A stretch of 62,167 bases of DNA, filler included, from Stramenopiles sp. TOSAG23-3 (lineage: Eukaryota), in NCBI GenBank assembly GCA_900128585.1. It is 14 parts of 14 records of this genome, joined end to end, with 100 filler letters (N's around TTAATTAATTAA, not from the genome) between each part and the next. Parts side by side here need not be neighbours in the genome. Positions count along the whole stretch, not along the records: positions 40,092 to 44,431 come from LT643864.1; positions 44,532 to 48,868 come from LT643865.1; positions 48,969 to 53,302 come from LT643866.1; positions 53,403 to 57,736 come from LT643867.1; 10 more parts are not named here. One strand, given 5' to 3'. Below the pieces are notes generated by a model that saw only the letters and a list, made by a program, of their open reading frames with translations, was not told the origin of the DNA and searched no databases. Of this stretch, positions 42,124 through 53,680 are shown piece after piece. The translations under genes and the position numbers were made by a program. Numbering within the stretch: the stretch's first letter is position 1; each line of letters starts with the position of its first letter.

Positions 42124-43074
42124 ATGCTAGCAAGTACAAGAGCGTTAGGGACTGGCAGTTGCAAACGTTTCAAAACCGTTGTGTTTTGTGGGGTGCTGTT
42201 TTTGGCGCTGATGGTCCCGACTGAGGTACATGCGAATTGTCCCGGCACTCCACAGTGTAGTGGTCACGGAGAATGCCACGGTCACAAATGCTACTGCTTT
42301 AACCAAACAGAGAACGATCACGGGATAATAAAAAGTATCCCTTCCTATACAGGAGGAGATTGCTCGCTCCGCCCTTGCCCCCTAGCGCGAAGCTTTTCTG
42401 CCGTCAAGACAAACGATTGGAAGCATTACGTCGAGTGTGGGGGTGCTGGTTTGTGCAATAGGGAGAAGGGAGTGTGTGAGTGTTTCGAGGGGTTTGACGG
42501 AAAAGCGTGTACTCGGGATCACCGGCGTTGTTTTGCGTCGAAGAAATTTGGCTACTGTTCTGGGCACGGGTCGTGCGTCAGCGTTTTTGATTATATGAAT
42601 AAGTTGCAAGGCCACGCTGGGTATCGCCGGGAAGGAGAGCACAAAGAGAGCATAAACCCCCGGGTACATAAAAATATTGGTGCGAACTATGAACAGACAT
42701 GGAATACAAACAACGTCTTTGTATGCGACTGCGAGGCAGCCTACTTCGGTGCCAGGTGCGAAAAAATTCAGTGTCCATCATCAGACCTAGATCCTCTGAA
42801 ACCCCCGCTCGGAATCGATGAAGTTATGGAGGCCAACTTGCACGGTCGGGAATGCTCTGGGCGAGGAATATGTAACCACAAGAACGGGGTTTGCGCCTGC
42901 TTTGATGGGTTTGATGGTCGGAGTTGTGAGAAGATAGACTTTAGCTATTTAGATATAGGCAACCCAAATTCCGTCGAGCAGACCAGCGTGCACCAGGAAC
43001 GTCGCTATGAAATGGATTTTGACCACTCCGTCGAAGCCCACCCTTCCGACCCTTCAAAATGGCGTTACAACTAA
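42124..43074 (+). CDS. Secreted tenascin-type EGF protein of the stramenopile Sig1/Ocm1 mastigoneme-protein type
   Basis: Signal-like N-terminus. CSGHGEC...YTGGDCSLRPCP...H.VEC...GLCNR.KG.CECFEGFDGKAC.R...CSGHGSC...W...CDC...CP...DP...ECSGRGICN...G.CACFDGF follows the Sig1/Ocm1 Cys pattern. Confidence 0.7.
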   Translation: MLASTRALGTGSCKRFKTVVFCGVLFLALMVPTEVHANCPGTPQCSGHGECHGHKCYCFNQTENDHGIIKSIPSYTGGDCSLRPCPLARSFSAVKTNDWKHYVECGGAGLCNREKGVCECFEGFDGKACTRDHRRCFASKKFGYCSGHGSCVSVFDYMNKLQGHAGYRREGEHKESINPRVHKNIGANYEQTWNTNNVFVCDCEAAYFGARCEKIQCPSSDLDPLKPPLGIDEVMEANLHGRECSGRGICNHKNGVCACFDGFDGRSCEKIDFSYLDIGNPNSVEQTSVHQERRYEMDFDHSVEAHPSDPSKWRYN

Positions 43075-43331
43075 ATGGCGCTTTTGCCAAATATTGGCAG
43101 TTTCGGCCGGGAAACACCGGCAAGAGCTCTATCAAGGGCGCTGTACATGGGATATTTACGTAATTGACACACACTCACACCTAAATGTATTAAGAGTAAA
43201 ACTTCGTAAGAAACTTAAATTTTTTAAGAATCTTGGCTTAAGAACTTAAATTTTCACACACGGGTTTTACCACAAATGACGGCGAAAAAGTGGTGCCAGC
43301 CTGCTTGTCTGTGTCCAGCCCGCTTTTCAAA

Positions 43332-43928
43332 TTACGATGATGGGTAGTGTTTCGGCTGCTGGTATAGCAAAGATGTGTCTTTGTTATAATCGGTTGGGAA
43401 CATCTTGCCATGAGGAGCTGTAAAATGGCTCAATCGCTCCGCAAAGTCAACGATGTCGTCCACCGATACCTCCTGCGTCGCAGGTTGGTAAGGGGTACCA
43501 TCGTGGTTTTTGGCCCCTTCGTAAAACACCCCCTTCTTTATGTCACTTATCGCTGACCCCAGCTGGTCCGTAACCTTATTTAAAACCTCTAGCGCGTCTA
43601 TTAATTTTTGGTCTGTACTCTCAATGTCCATTTCCAACGCCTTCCTCTCTTCATCCAACTGATAATACTCCTTCAATTCTTTTACCAAATCATTGAAATT
43701 GGCACGCTCCAGCATCTTAGTTTTTTCATTTTTTATGTGGTCCAGCCACTGGCCGCCAACTTTAAGTTGTTCGTCAATTCGCTGGTACGACTGCACCATT
43801 CCGTCCGCACATTCTTGGACTATTTCTCCTAAACTCAACTGATCCTGCGCCAAAAGTTCTTTTATCGAAGCTCGCGTCTCCTCTACTTTTCGCCGTTTGT
43901 TATCGTTATCGCCACCAACGTTCGCCAT
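43332..43928 (-). CDS. MED4: Mediator subunit 4-like
   Basis: Coiled coil (IESTDQKLIDALEVL), then VSVDDIVDFAERLSHFTAP...FPTD....SLL, like the Med4 YAHRIS...PYPTD...GLL signature. Confidence 0.7.
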   Translation of the reverse strand: MANVGGDNDNKRRKVEETRASIKELLAQDQLSLGEIVQECADGMVQSYQRIDEQLKVGGQWLDHIKNEKTKMLERANFNDLVKELKEYYQLDEERKALEMDIESTDQKLIDALEVLNKVTDQLGSAISDIKKGVFYEGAKNHDGTPYQPATQEVSVDDIVDFAERLSHFTAPHGKMFPTDYNKDTSLLYQQPKHYPSS

Positions 43929-44289
43929 ACTACAAAAAAACTAAAGTCAGTCCGTGCAAATCTCAAACGTTCCGCTTGTTGTAATACGAATATACCACGT
44001 ATCGTCCGAAGGGAATAAACCGTACAAAATACTATTATGGTTTCACTCAATCAATTACTCTATCGCTGAGAAAGTGCCAATTTGCCTACTTGTGATTTAT
44101 TCTTCGCTCACATGTTTAATTGTATGTTCATTCCAATTGGATACAACTATTTTACTCATTCATTTGATTCTTCTTCTTAGAAGAAGAAGAAGAAAGAAAA
44201 AAAGAAAAAAAGAAGAAAGAAGAAAAGAAAACAAGAGGAACGAAATAAAATAAAAAAATAATATTTTAATTATTATTATTATTATCTTT

Positions 44290-44431
44290 TTCCTTCTTCT
44301 TTCTTTCTTCTTCTTTCTTTCTTCTTCTTCTTCTTCGTTTTGTTCTTCTTCTTTCTTCTTCTTCTTCTTCTTCTTCTTCTTCTTCTTCTTCTTCTTCTCT
44401 CTTCTTCTTCTTCTTCTTCTTCTTCTTCTTC
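44290..44431. repeat. (CTT)n microsatellite at contig end
   Basis: Direct reading. Confidence 0.95.
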
Positions 44432-44609
44432 NNNNNNNNNNNNNNNNNNNNNNNNNNNNNNNNNNNNNNNNNNNNTTAATTAATTAANNNNNNNNNNNNN
44501 NNNNNNNNNNNNNNNNNNNNNNNNNNNNNNNGGAAAACAACAGCAATAAAGAAATAAGAACTCCAAAATATTTAAAATATGGTTTCATTCACTTATTACG
44601 TCATATTAG

Positions 44610-47600
44610 TGCACTTATATGCTGCCGATGTAGAAGAGCTCTCTGATCAATCGTCGAAGGAGGCGAAGATGGAAAAGCAGCTTGCCGATCTGCAAGAACG
44701 GTGGGCCATCGTTGAATTCTTTATGGAGGAGTACCAGGGAAGTGGTGTAAAAATGATGAAACTCAAAGACGATGACTTTGAAATGCTTGAAAATGATCAG
44801 CTAACCATTCAAGGTATGATGGGCTCGCGATACTTGCCCACGTTTGAAGAATTAGTAATGGGCTGGCAGAAATCGTTGGCGAATATTGCAGATGCAATGG
44901 TCGTTCTATCAGACGTTCAGCGCACCTGGTCGTACTTAGAACCGCTATTTATCAAATCCGAAGAAGTAAAAAAAGAACTTCCGGAAGATGCTAAACGGTT
45001 TGCAATAATTGATGTCGATGTAAAAAAGATTCTGAAAGTTGCGGAAAACGACAGGCTCATAAAGCCTGCGTTAAATCGGGAAGGACTATACGACACTCTG
45101 GAAGATGTTCAAAATCGTCTTGAAAAGTGTAAAAAAGCGCTAAACGACTTTTTAGATGCAAAACGACGCATATTCCCACGATTTTATTTCACTTCGGAAT
45201 CAGATCTGTTGGATATCTTGTCAAATGGTAACAACCCGCGAAAAATTATACACCATGTAATTAAAGTCTTTCTCGCTACAAAAACGTTGACACTGAAAGA
45301 TGACCCTGCTGGCGGAGCCAGACCAGTGGCACATAACTGGATAACGAGCAATGGGATCGAACAGGTTGAATTTGCTGAGCCATTTATTCTAGAAGGCAAC
45401 GTGGAAGTGTACTTACAAACAGTGCACGATAGCATGATCGATGCCCAAAAGAAGTTACTTGCCGTCTCTGCAGAGGATTTTCAGGGTAAAGATCGTCTCG
45501 ATTGGCTTATGCTGCGACACGACAAACCAACAGTGAAAGGTGACGACCGCCCAAAAACTCCCGCTCAGCTAGTAGTGTACGTCTCCCAAATGAATTACTG
45601 TCAGAAAACCGAGGAAGCTCTAGACCGAGGTGGCTGGAAAGCAATTGCAGAATATGCCGAGAAGCAGAGTGAAGACTTACAAAAACTTGTACTTTGTACC
45701 CGTAACAAAATGAATAAAGACGATAGGCAACGTGTTATGGTAATGATTACCCTTGATGCACATAATCGTGACATTTTGGGTGAACTTATATACGAAAAAG
45801 TCGATGATAAGTCACAGTTTCAATGGTCTCGTCAACTGCGGCAAAACCGAGACCCTGACGGCAGATTTACTGTTTGCAGTTTCGACGCATCCTTCGAGTA
45901 TGGTTACGAATATATTGGAAATGGTGGGCGGTTGGTCGTCACACCGCTGACAGACAGAATTTACTGCACTTGTTGCCAAGCGTACAATTTAAAAATGGGA
46001 TGCGCTCCTGCGGGTCCCGCTGGTACTGGAAAAACAGAAACCACTAAAGATCTAGCTTTTGCCTTAGCGGTGTGCATTTATGTATTTAACTGTTCTCCTG
46101 AAATGGACTACATTTCCATGGGAAATATTTTCAAAGGTCTCGGAGCTAGTGGCTCGTGGGGATGCTTCGATGAGTTCAATCGTCTTCGCTTGGAAGTTCT
46201 GTCCGTATGCACGGTGCAATATAAAGCCATTTTGGACGTTCTTCGAGCTAACGACACCTTTCCTCAGCGCGTTATTATAAATGGGGATGAAGTCAATTGT
46301 CAGCGAACAGTCATGTCCATCATTACCATGAATCCTGGCTACGCCGGAAGAGCAACATTGCCAGAAGGTCTGAAAGCGCTCTTTCGACCTATGACAGTTA
46401 TGGTGCCTGACATGGTCTTGATCATAGAAAATATGCTTATGGCAGAAGGGTTTATTGATGCAAAGGTTTTGGCATCAAAGTTTTACGGCCTCTACGCTCT
46501 GCTTAAAGATTTGCTGTCTGCCCAGAAGCACTATGATTGGGGTTTGCGGGCCGTGAAGAGTGTGCTGCGCGTTGCTGGTGGATACTTGCGCGCTGAGCCA
46601 GAAATGGCTGAAGCCGCTATTTTGATGAGAGCGCTACGCGACTCGAACACTGCAAAAATATTACAACAGGACGAACCTATTTTCTTTGGTCTCTTAGCTG
46701 ACCTGTTTCCGGGCATCAATCCTCCGCGTAAGATCGATCCAGAACTTCAAAGTGCTTGCAAAGAATCAGCAGAACAAAAACAATTGTGGCCAGACACTGA
46801 TTTTATTGATCGAGCGATGCAATTGGATGAATTGTTGTCCATCAGGCATTGCGTCTTCCTATTGGGCCCCCCTGGTTGTGGTAGAACAGAGATTATCAAA
46901 ACGCTGGCGGGGGCAAATGGTATTCGAGGAAACAAGACTAAAATTGAGTACGTGAACCCGAAAGCAATATCCTGCCAGGAGCTGTATGGGTACATCACAC
47001 CCGCAACAAGAGAGTGGCGAGATGGTCTGCTCTCTAAACTCATGCGTGATCTCGGTCTTATGAAGGACGAAAATCCGAAGTGGATTTGTTTAGATGGTGA
47101 TCTTGACACTATTTGGATCGAGTCCATGAATAGTGTTATGGACATGAATAAAACATTAACGTTAGCGAGTAATGAAAGGATCCCATTAAAACCCCACATG
47201 CGAATGCTTTTCGAAATGAAAGACCTCGCACAAGCATCCCTTGCTACAGTTACCAGAGCGGGTGTCCTTTATGTCAGTGACGATAAGGGGCACCAATGGC
47301 GGGCTAAAATCAAGCAATGGCTGAAGATGAGAGATGAGCCCAAACACATAACAGATTTTTTGAACGAACTGGCTCTAAAATATGTCCAACCAACGTTGAT
47401 TCAAATAAAAAAACATTTGTTGCACCTTGTTCCACTGTCTGATATGGCAATGACAATTTCCTTATTGAATAATTTGGCTTGTATGCTCAAGGACAATTGG
47501 CTCAAAGCGACCCCAGAAGACGCAGATTGGCAAATTAAACTGGAAACACTGTTTGTTTTTGCTGCAGTATGGGGGTTTGGTGGAGCATTTGATATTAAAG

Positions 47601-48622
47601 ATGGTATAAATTATCGTCAGCAGTTCAACGACTGGTGGAAAGACGAGTTTCGAACAGTGAAGTTTCCCTCAAGAAACAGTATTTATGAAGTTTGGCTGAA
47701 TGAAGAAGAAACCGAATTTATTCCATGGGCGCAGAGCCCTCACTTCTCAGAAATAAACTTTAATTCTAAAACAGAGCAAATGGCCGATGTGTGTGTTCCC
47801 ACACCAGAGAATTGTGCAGTAAACTTTTGGATGAAAATGCTTGTGAAACGTAAAGTCCCTGTAATGCTTGTCGGGCCAGCCGGGTGTGGAAAAACCCAGT
47901 TAGTACAAGGTTTACTGCATAACTTAAACCCCGAAGAAACATTATTCAGTGCTATCAACATGAATTTCTTTACAACGTCCGCGCTCCTTCAGACAAGTTT
48001 GGAAGGGCCGTTGATGAAGAAAACTGGTACTTCTTATGGGCCTCCTGGGAAAGCCGATATGATATACTTTGTTGACGACTTGAATCTTCCAGAGGTAGAT
48101 CCTTACGACACCCAGAGTGCTATATCCTTGCTTAGAATGGCAATGCAATATACCCGGTGGTCTGACAGAATTAAATTGACGTGGAGAAACATTCTGAATT
48201 GCCAATGGATGGCTTGCATGAATCCAACTGCTGGTTGTTTTTACGTAAATGCACGTTTGCAGCTACGTTTTGCTACTTACGCGATGGGGTTTCCCATGGT
48301 AACCTCCCTTCTTCAAATTTTTAACACTTTCTTGTCGGGACATCTTCAACATTTTTCAGAAGATATTCAAGCAGCGTGTTCAAACATAATCAATGCAGCC
48401 CTTGATTTACAGAATGGTGTCACTGAAAATTTTAGAAAATCGGCCATTAATTTTCATTATGAATTCAATGTTCGCCACCTCGCAAATGTGTTTGTGGGGC
48501 TTCTTGTTGCACAGCCAGACCAATTCAAATCTGTCGCGAAGATAGTTCAGCTGTGGCTACACGAAAGTGAACGGGTTTATGGTGATCGATTGGTCAGTTT
48601 GGAGCATCGAAGGAGCCGCTGA
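44610..48622 (+). CDS. Axonemal dynein heavy chain (outer-arm beta type), internal fragment from linker through AAA1-AAA3
   Basis: FPRFYF, RLVVTPLTDR, GPAGTGKTETTKDL (P1), WGCFDEFNR, HYDWGLRAVKSVL, AAA2 GPPGCGRT, WIESMNSVMD, AAA3 GPAGCGKT, FHYEFNVRHL. The AT-rich 5' segment ending TTAG at 44609 is probably an intron end. Confidence 0.95.
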
Positions 48623-48868
48623 GGAGGAAGAGGAAGAGATCGACGAAGAAGATGTCTACGAGATTTCAGGGACTAAATGCGGCGGCCATTTGGTGGACAG
48701 CCGCTTGAAAGAACTTATACCTCCTATGCCTGTACTTTATTTAAAGGCAGTGCCTACACAAGCGTCATGGATTGCGACTGAAGTTGGCTATGTCAGAGAC
48801 AACCCTAGCATTTACGATTGCCCTGTTTACAGCACGACATTTAGGGGTCCAACATATATTGTGCTTGC
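48606..48868 (+). CDS. Dynein heavy chain extreme C-terminal domain fragment, out of frame with the upstream ORF
   Basis: IEGA...LVDSRLKELIPPMPVLYLKAV...YDCPVYST.FRGPTYI is the conserved C-terminal sequence of axonemal dyneins. Confidence 0.8.
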
Positions 48869-49510
48869 NNNNNNNNNNNNNNNNNNNNNNNNNNNNNNNN
48901 NNNNNNNNNNNNTTAATTAATTAANNNNNNNNNNNNNNNNNNNNNNNNNNNNNNNNNNNNNNNNNNNNTAATATTATAATAAGTATATAATATAGCCTAT
49001 TAAAAATATTTAATAATAGAATACCTATCGAAACTTAAGGATTGTACTTATATAACTGGACTATAAATATAAAGATAACACAGCGTTAAAGATGACTAAT
49101 CAATTAAGCGAAAGAGTGCTTTCTTCTTCGTTTACTCTCTTCTTTTTCTTCTTCTCCTTTGTGCTCCTCGTAATTTTTTGTTCTTCCTCCTTGTTATATC
49201 TATGTTATATAATTTAGATTATTATTATATATTTTTTTTACCCATCATCATCATTATAATTTCTTCTTCTCCTCCTCCTTATTTTATCATCAATTCAACC
49301 ATCAACAAATCAATTCGTGATGTCTGACCGGTAGTGAGTGTTGGGTGTTCCTGTCTCGGGTTAAATAGTTGTGGATTCTCTTCTTGCCTTAAACACGTTT
49401 TAAAATTATTTGGTTGAGACAAAGAGAAACTTACGCCGTTTAAAACCAGCTCGAATCAAAATTTTAAGACGAACATTGATTCCCAGACTCTAAAACAAAA
49501 CCAGGGTCTC

Positions 49511-49984
49511 ATGGCGCATCCAGCAGCAAAAGTTCATGAACCTCAGGAAGCCGTCGATTCCCTTCTTCGCACAAGCGGACCAGTAAGAACTGCCGCTGTT
49601 TTCGTAAAACGCGCAGTTGTTGATTCTTCTCTTTCAAGTGCAGTAAAGGACACACCAGCCAAGTCAATAAGGCCGGTGTTAAAGCCGTCAAAGTCAATTG
49701 CGTTCAAACAAACTGCAGAATGCCGTCTGTACGACCCTGATGAACCGCCAATTTACAGCTCAGACCTTGGAAACGGTGAAAGCGTCAATCAATCGATGGC
49801 AGCCACAAACACGTACACGTCGCTACTGAGTGGAGAGAGGAGAAAGCGCTCCAGGAGTTACCTTGAGGAAGAGTCTTATAAACGCGCGGACACCGTATTG
49901 CAGGAGATAAACGAATTAATACTGGCACTTAGCCGAAATTCAAATACAGAGCGCCAGCGCTGGTTCAGTGTTTACGCCGAGTAG
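49511..49984 (+). CDS. Hypothetical protein, 157 aa
   Basis: ATG-initiated ORF in a GC-richer island, convergent with the next gene. No domain recognised. Confidence 0.55.
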   Translation: MAHPAAKVHEPQEAVDSLLRTSGPVRTAAVFVKRAVVDSSLSSAVKDTPAKSIRPVLKPSKSIAFKQTAECRLYDPDEPPIYSSDLGNGESVNQSMAATNTYTSLLSGERRKRSRSYLEEESYKRADTVLQEINELILALSRNSNTERQRWFSVYAE

Positions 49985-50240
49985 GGCGTGCCCAAAAACG
50001 ATATTACGGTGTGTTTTTACTCAAACAAATTAAAACTATCTCTGTACGCACGCATCCTACAGTGTGTTACGTACAAATATTCATACCGTGTTTTCCATAT
50101 AAAAATTTAAATAATTCCTAAGAGGCAATACGTTTTAAAAAACCCTCTCGTCTCTCTCTTACTCTCTCTTAAATAACAGCCAATTTTCTTGTTTTTGTTT
50201 CACTCTCTCTTACTCCGTCTTCCTTTGTTCGTCACACGCT

Positions 50241-53200
50241 TTACATCACTTTCAATTTGTTGATTTCGGACTGGTACAGCTTTGCAGCCTCATTCGAGTA
50301 CGGCAACAACTCGTCGACACGAAGCAAAAACGCTATTCGTTCATGGACCGGGGTGTCAAACTTACGCCATAGTCGTTCTACGCGGCTCCGCGCTGCACTG
50401 TACACGTCCGATTTGGCCGACTCTTCATTCTTCCTGTTCAGAGACTTTTCTTCCAACTTCTGAATGGTTGAATTCGCTCTTTCTTCCCGTTGTTTAAGGA
50501 GTGCCATTTCCGACGCTGCGGTTTTTTGCCTCGTCGCGTGGTCTCTCTTCTGCAACTCAAGCTTGGCCAAAATCAAGTTGTACTCATCCGTGTACCTTTT
50601 GCTTAGTGCCTCGTATATCATGTCATACTTTCTTTTACACCTCGCTTCTTCCTCATCGATTTTTCTAGCTGCTTCTGCCTTCACCGCCGCCAGTCGGTCT
50701 TTCCATTCTTTTTCGACCTCCTCGTGGATTTCCACCTTGATTCGACGCAAGGCTTCTTTCCGCTGAACTTTCGTTTGGGCTTTCCGAGAATTGATCAGGC
50801 GTTCCTGCTCGGCAATCTTATCTTCCAGATTCTGCATTATGTCGCTGTGGCGGGCTTCTTGCACTTTCAAAGCCGTCTTTAGCTGCTGAAAATCGTTCCC
50901 TAACTTCTTCACACGGTTTTGGTCCCTCGAAAGATCGCCGTCGGCAGAGTTCCAACTCACTTGAAGCCTCTTAATACCTGCTTCAAAAAATTGAGAGCGC
51001 TGGGCCAACCGTGTTGTGATTGCGTCCAGCGACACGCCCAAAAACGATTCAAGGCGACTTTTGACTTGGGACACGCTTCCATTCATGTCTTTCAGCAACA
51101 CCCCATTGTTGCTGAGAAGTGTGTCCCGTTGGCTCCGCAATTCACCGAGTCGTTTGGAGGCGCTCTGAATGGACATATTTTTCTCGTCTTGAACGAGTTT
51201 TGCACCGCTGTCTTCATCGTGAAGGGCATCGTCTAACCACGCCTCTGCCTCTTTAATGCTCTCATGGAGCACCCGCACCTCCCTCTCAAGGTCAAGGTTG
51301 CGGATCTGCAGCGACTTTTCGTCCCCTTGGAGTTGAGTGAGCAGCGCGTTGATATTCCCGGACACGCTCAAGATGCTCCTGTCCAGCAGCTGTATCTGAA
51401 TCTCATGGGTCGCATTAATTGCCTGAAGGTGTCTCTGCTGCTTTTCATACTGGGAACGAAGCCCTTCAAGCTCTTCCGAGACTGCTTCTTCAAGAAGCTG
51501 CACATTTCGCCTGCCTTTGGTGGCGCTCGCCAGAAGCTTCTTGTGGTGTTCTTCCACCTTCACCTCCGTAGAGGGAGAGCCCTGCCCAGCTTTGGGGGGG
51601 GTGTTTTGTTTCGCTTCCATGCTCAACCTAGCAATGGCCCGCCTTTCTTTCTCTATTTGATTGGTAAACGCGTCGGCCTGTTTTGTTTTTGATTCGTGGT
51701 ATCGCTCCTCGAGTTTGTCCAACTGCTGCTGGCGCCTTCGCCCCTCGTGCTCCCGTATTTCTCTCTCCAACTTCATTTGATCCGCAATCGCTTCCTTCAA
51801 CTCGTTATTCATTTCGAATTTAATCGGTAGGCTTCCCACCGTGTCGTACGATCCGGAGCCCCCCCGCGCCGTTGAGCTGGGCATGTTATAGAGTGGCGCC
51901 GTTGGGGCGTCAAACATGGGCTCGTCTTTGTTAAATTCTGGTAGTAAACTGGGCGGCGGAGTGGTCGTCACTGTGGGTTGCTTGGGCTTATTGTCAGCCT
52001 TCGGACCGGCGTCGCTCTTCGTTTCTTCCATTTTTATTTTCATTTGCTCTTTTGCATTGTCCTGCATTGCCAGATCTACAGCGGGCATTTTCGGCAGAGG
52101 TGGTGGTGTCATTTGTTTCGCCGCTGTGCTGGCGTTTTTCGGCGACGGGACAGAAGAAGGAATAGGAGGCGGAACTGGTTTGGCTTTCGTCGCCTTCTCT
52201 CCGGTTCTTCTTACGGCAGGTATCGGTGGCGGAACTGGTTTGGCTTTCGCCACCTTCTTTTCGGGTCTCGTCACGGCAGGTATCGGTGGCGGCTTCGGCT
52301 TCGGCTTTGACAAATTAGGTATTGGTGGAGGCGCCGGCTTTGGTTTTGCGTTCGCCTTTTCCGGTTTCGGGCTGCTGGACGAAACGACCTTCTTCTCCTT
52401 CGCCAGACCACTCCCTGGTGGAGACGCAGGAAATTCTTTCTTAACCGAGCTGCGCCTCCTAGGCTTTTTGGTCGGTGGCAGCGGACGGATTGCTCCCGTA
52501 TATATTGGTGGATGTGCGTGGCCGCTACTGGAGTGTGCTGCCGGTGGGACGGGCGGCGGGACCACCGCTTTTTTGGTAACACTGCTGGATTTTGCTGGTG
52601 GTGGGACGGGCGGCGGAACTGCGGCTGCCTTTTTGGTAACACTGCTGGATTTTGCTGGTGGTGGGACCGGCGGCGGAACTGCAGCTGCCTTTGCCACAAC
52701 TGGAACAGCCGGTGGAAGGGTAGCAGATTTCTTGCTTCCAGCTTCCGATATTGTTGAAATCGACGGGAATTCCTTCTTTACAGAGCTACGCCTTCGCGGA
52801 GGCTTCTTCTTTGAAGCTTTGGCCGGTGAATGTTTGGGTTGCGGCGGGGGCGGTTTCGATTTACCCCGCGAGCGAGTTTTTGGAGGAGGGGGAGGTATAT
52901 GTTTGGGTTGCGGCGGGGGCGGTTTCGATTTACCCCGCGAGCGAGTTTTTGGAGGAGGGGGAGGTGGTTTGGTACCGCCCTTTTTCTTCTTCATAGCAGA
53001 TTTTGGTGGTGGAGGTGGCTTTGCACCTTTTTTCTTCTTCATAGCAGATTTTGGTGGTGGAGGTGGCACGGCTCCGGCCCTTTTCAAGGCGGATGCCGCT
53101 GCCACTGCAGGGGGTGGCGGCGGCCGCGCCCCTGCAACGCCCTTCTTCTTTGTAAGCGCTGCACCAGGAGGTGGTGGTGGCCGTGCTCCCCCAGAGGTCT

Positions 53201-53302
53201 TCTTTGCGGCTGATGCGCCGGGCGGCGGCGGCGGTCGAGCCCCAACGGCTTTCCCTGCAGGTGGCGGCGGCCGCGCTCCTCCCGCGGTCTTCTTCGCGGC
53301 CG
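50241..53302 (-). CDS. Poly-proline-rich + long coiled-coil protein, 5'-partial (cytoskeletal-type)
   Basis: Frame is open to the contig end. Many K/R-A-PPPPP motifs, a heptad-rich C-terminal half and a terminal helical motif RVERLWRKFDTPVHERIAFL. Confidence 0.8.
52540..53070 (-). repeat. Coding tandem duplications in the Pro-rich region (60-bp, 69-bp and shorter units)
   Basis: AAVPPPVPPPAKSSSVTKKA x2, PPPPPKTRSRGKSKPPPPQPKH x2, PPPPPKSAMKKKKG x2. Confidence 0.85.
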
Positions 53303-53680
53303 NNNNNNNNNNNNNNNNNNNNNNNNNNNNNNNNNNNNNNNNNNNNTTAATTAATTAANNNNNNNNNNNNNNNNNNNNNNNNNNNNNNNNNNNNNNNNNN
53401 NNCGCGAACCTCCTCCTTTTCTTTGCCGGCCTCCTCCTTGTGAAGAAGAATTATTAAAATGTTAAATGTTAATTCATTTTTTCCTTATGTTTATTATTTA
53501 AACCAACAAGTTAAATTTTAAAGCAAAGCTGAATGTACAGAAAAATATACAAACAATCGTCTCCTGCTGCTGCCGTTGTTCAAGTAATTACCAACACATA
53601 GACCGAAAGTAGTCAGTCGTCATCAGCGTTTGGCAGTCGGTATTGCAAACAAAGGGAGGAGACGGAGGCAGGCGGGTGGC

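Noticed and set aside
51916-53358. 480-aa Gly-rich ORF on the plus strand
   Set aside because: Antisense shadow of the poly-Pro region of the minus-strand gene (CCN codons read as Gly on the other strand).
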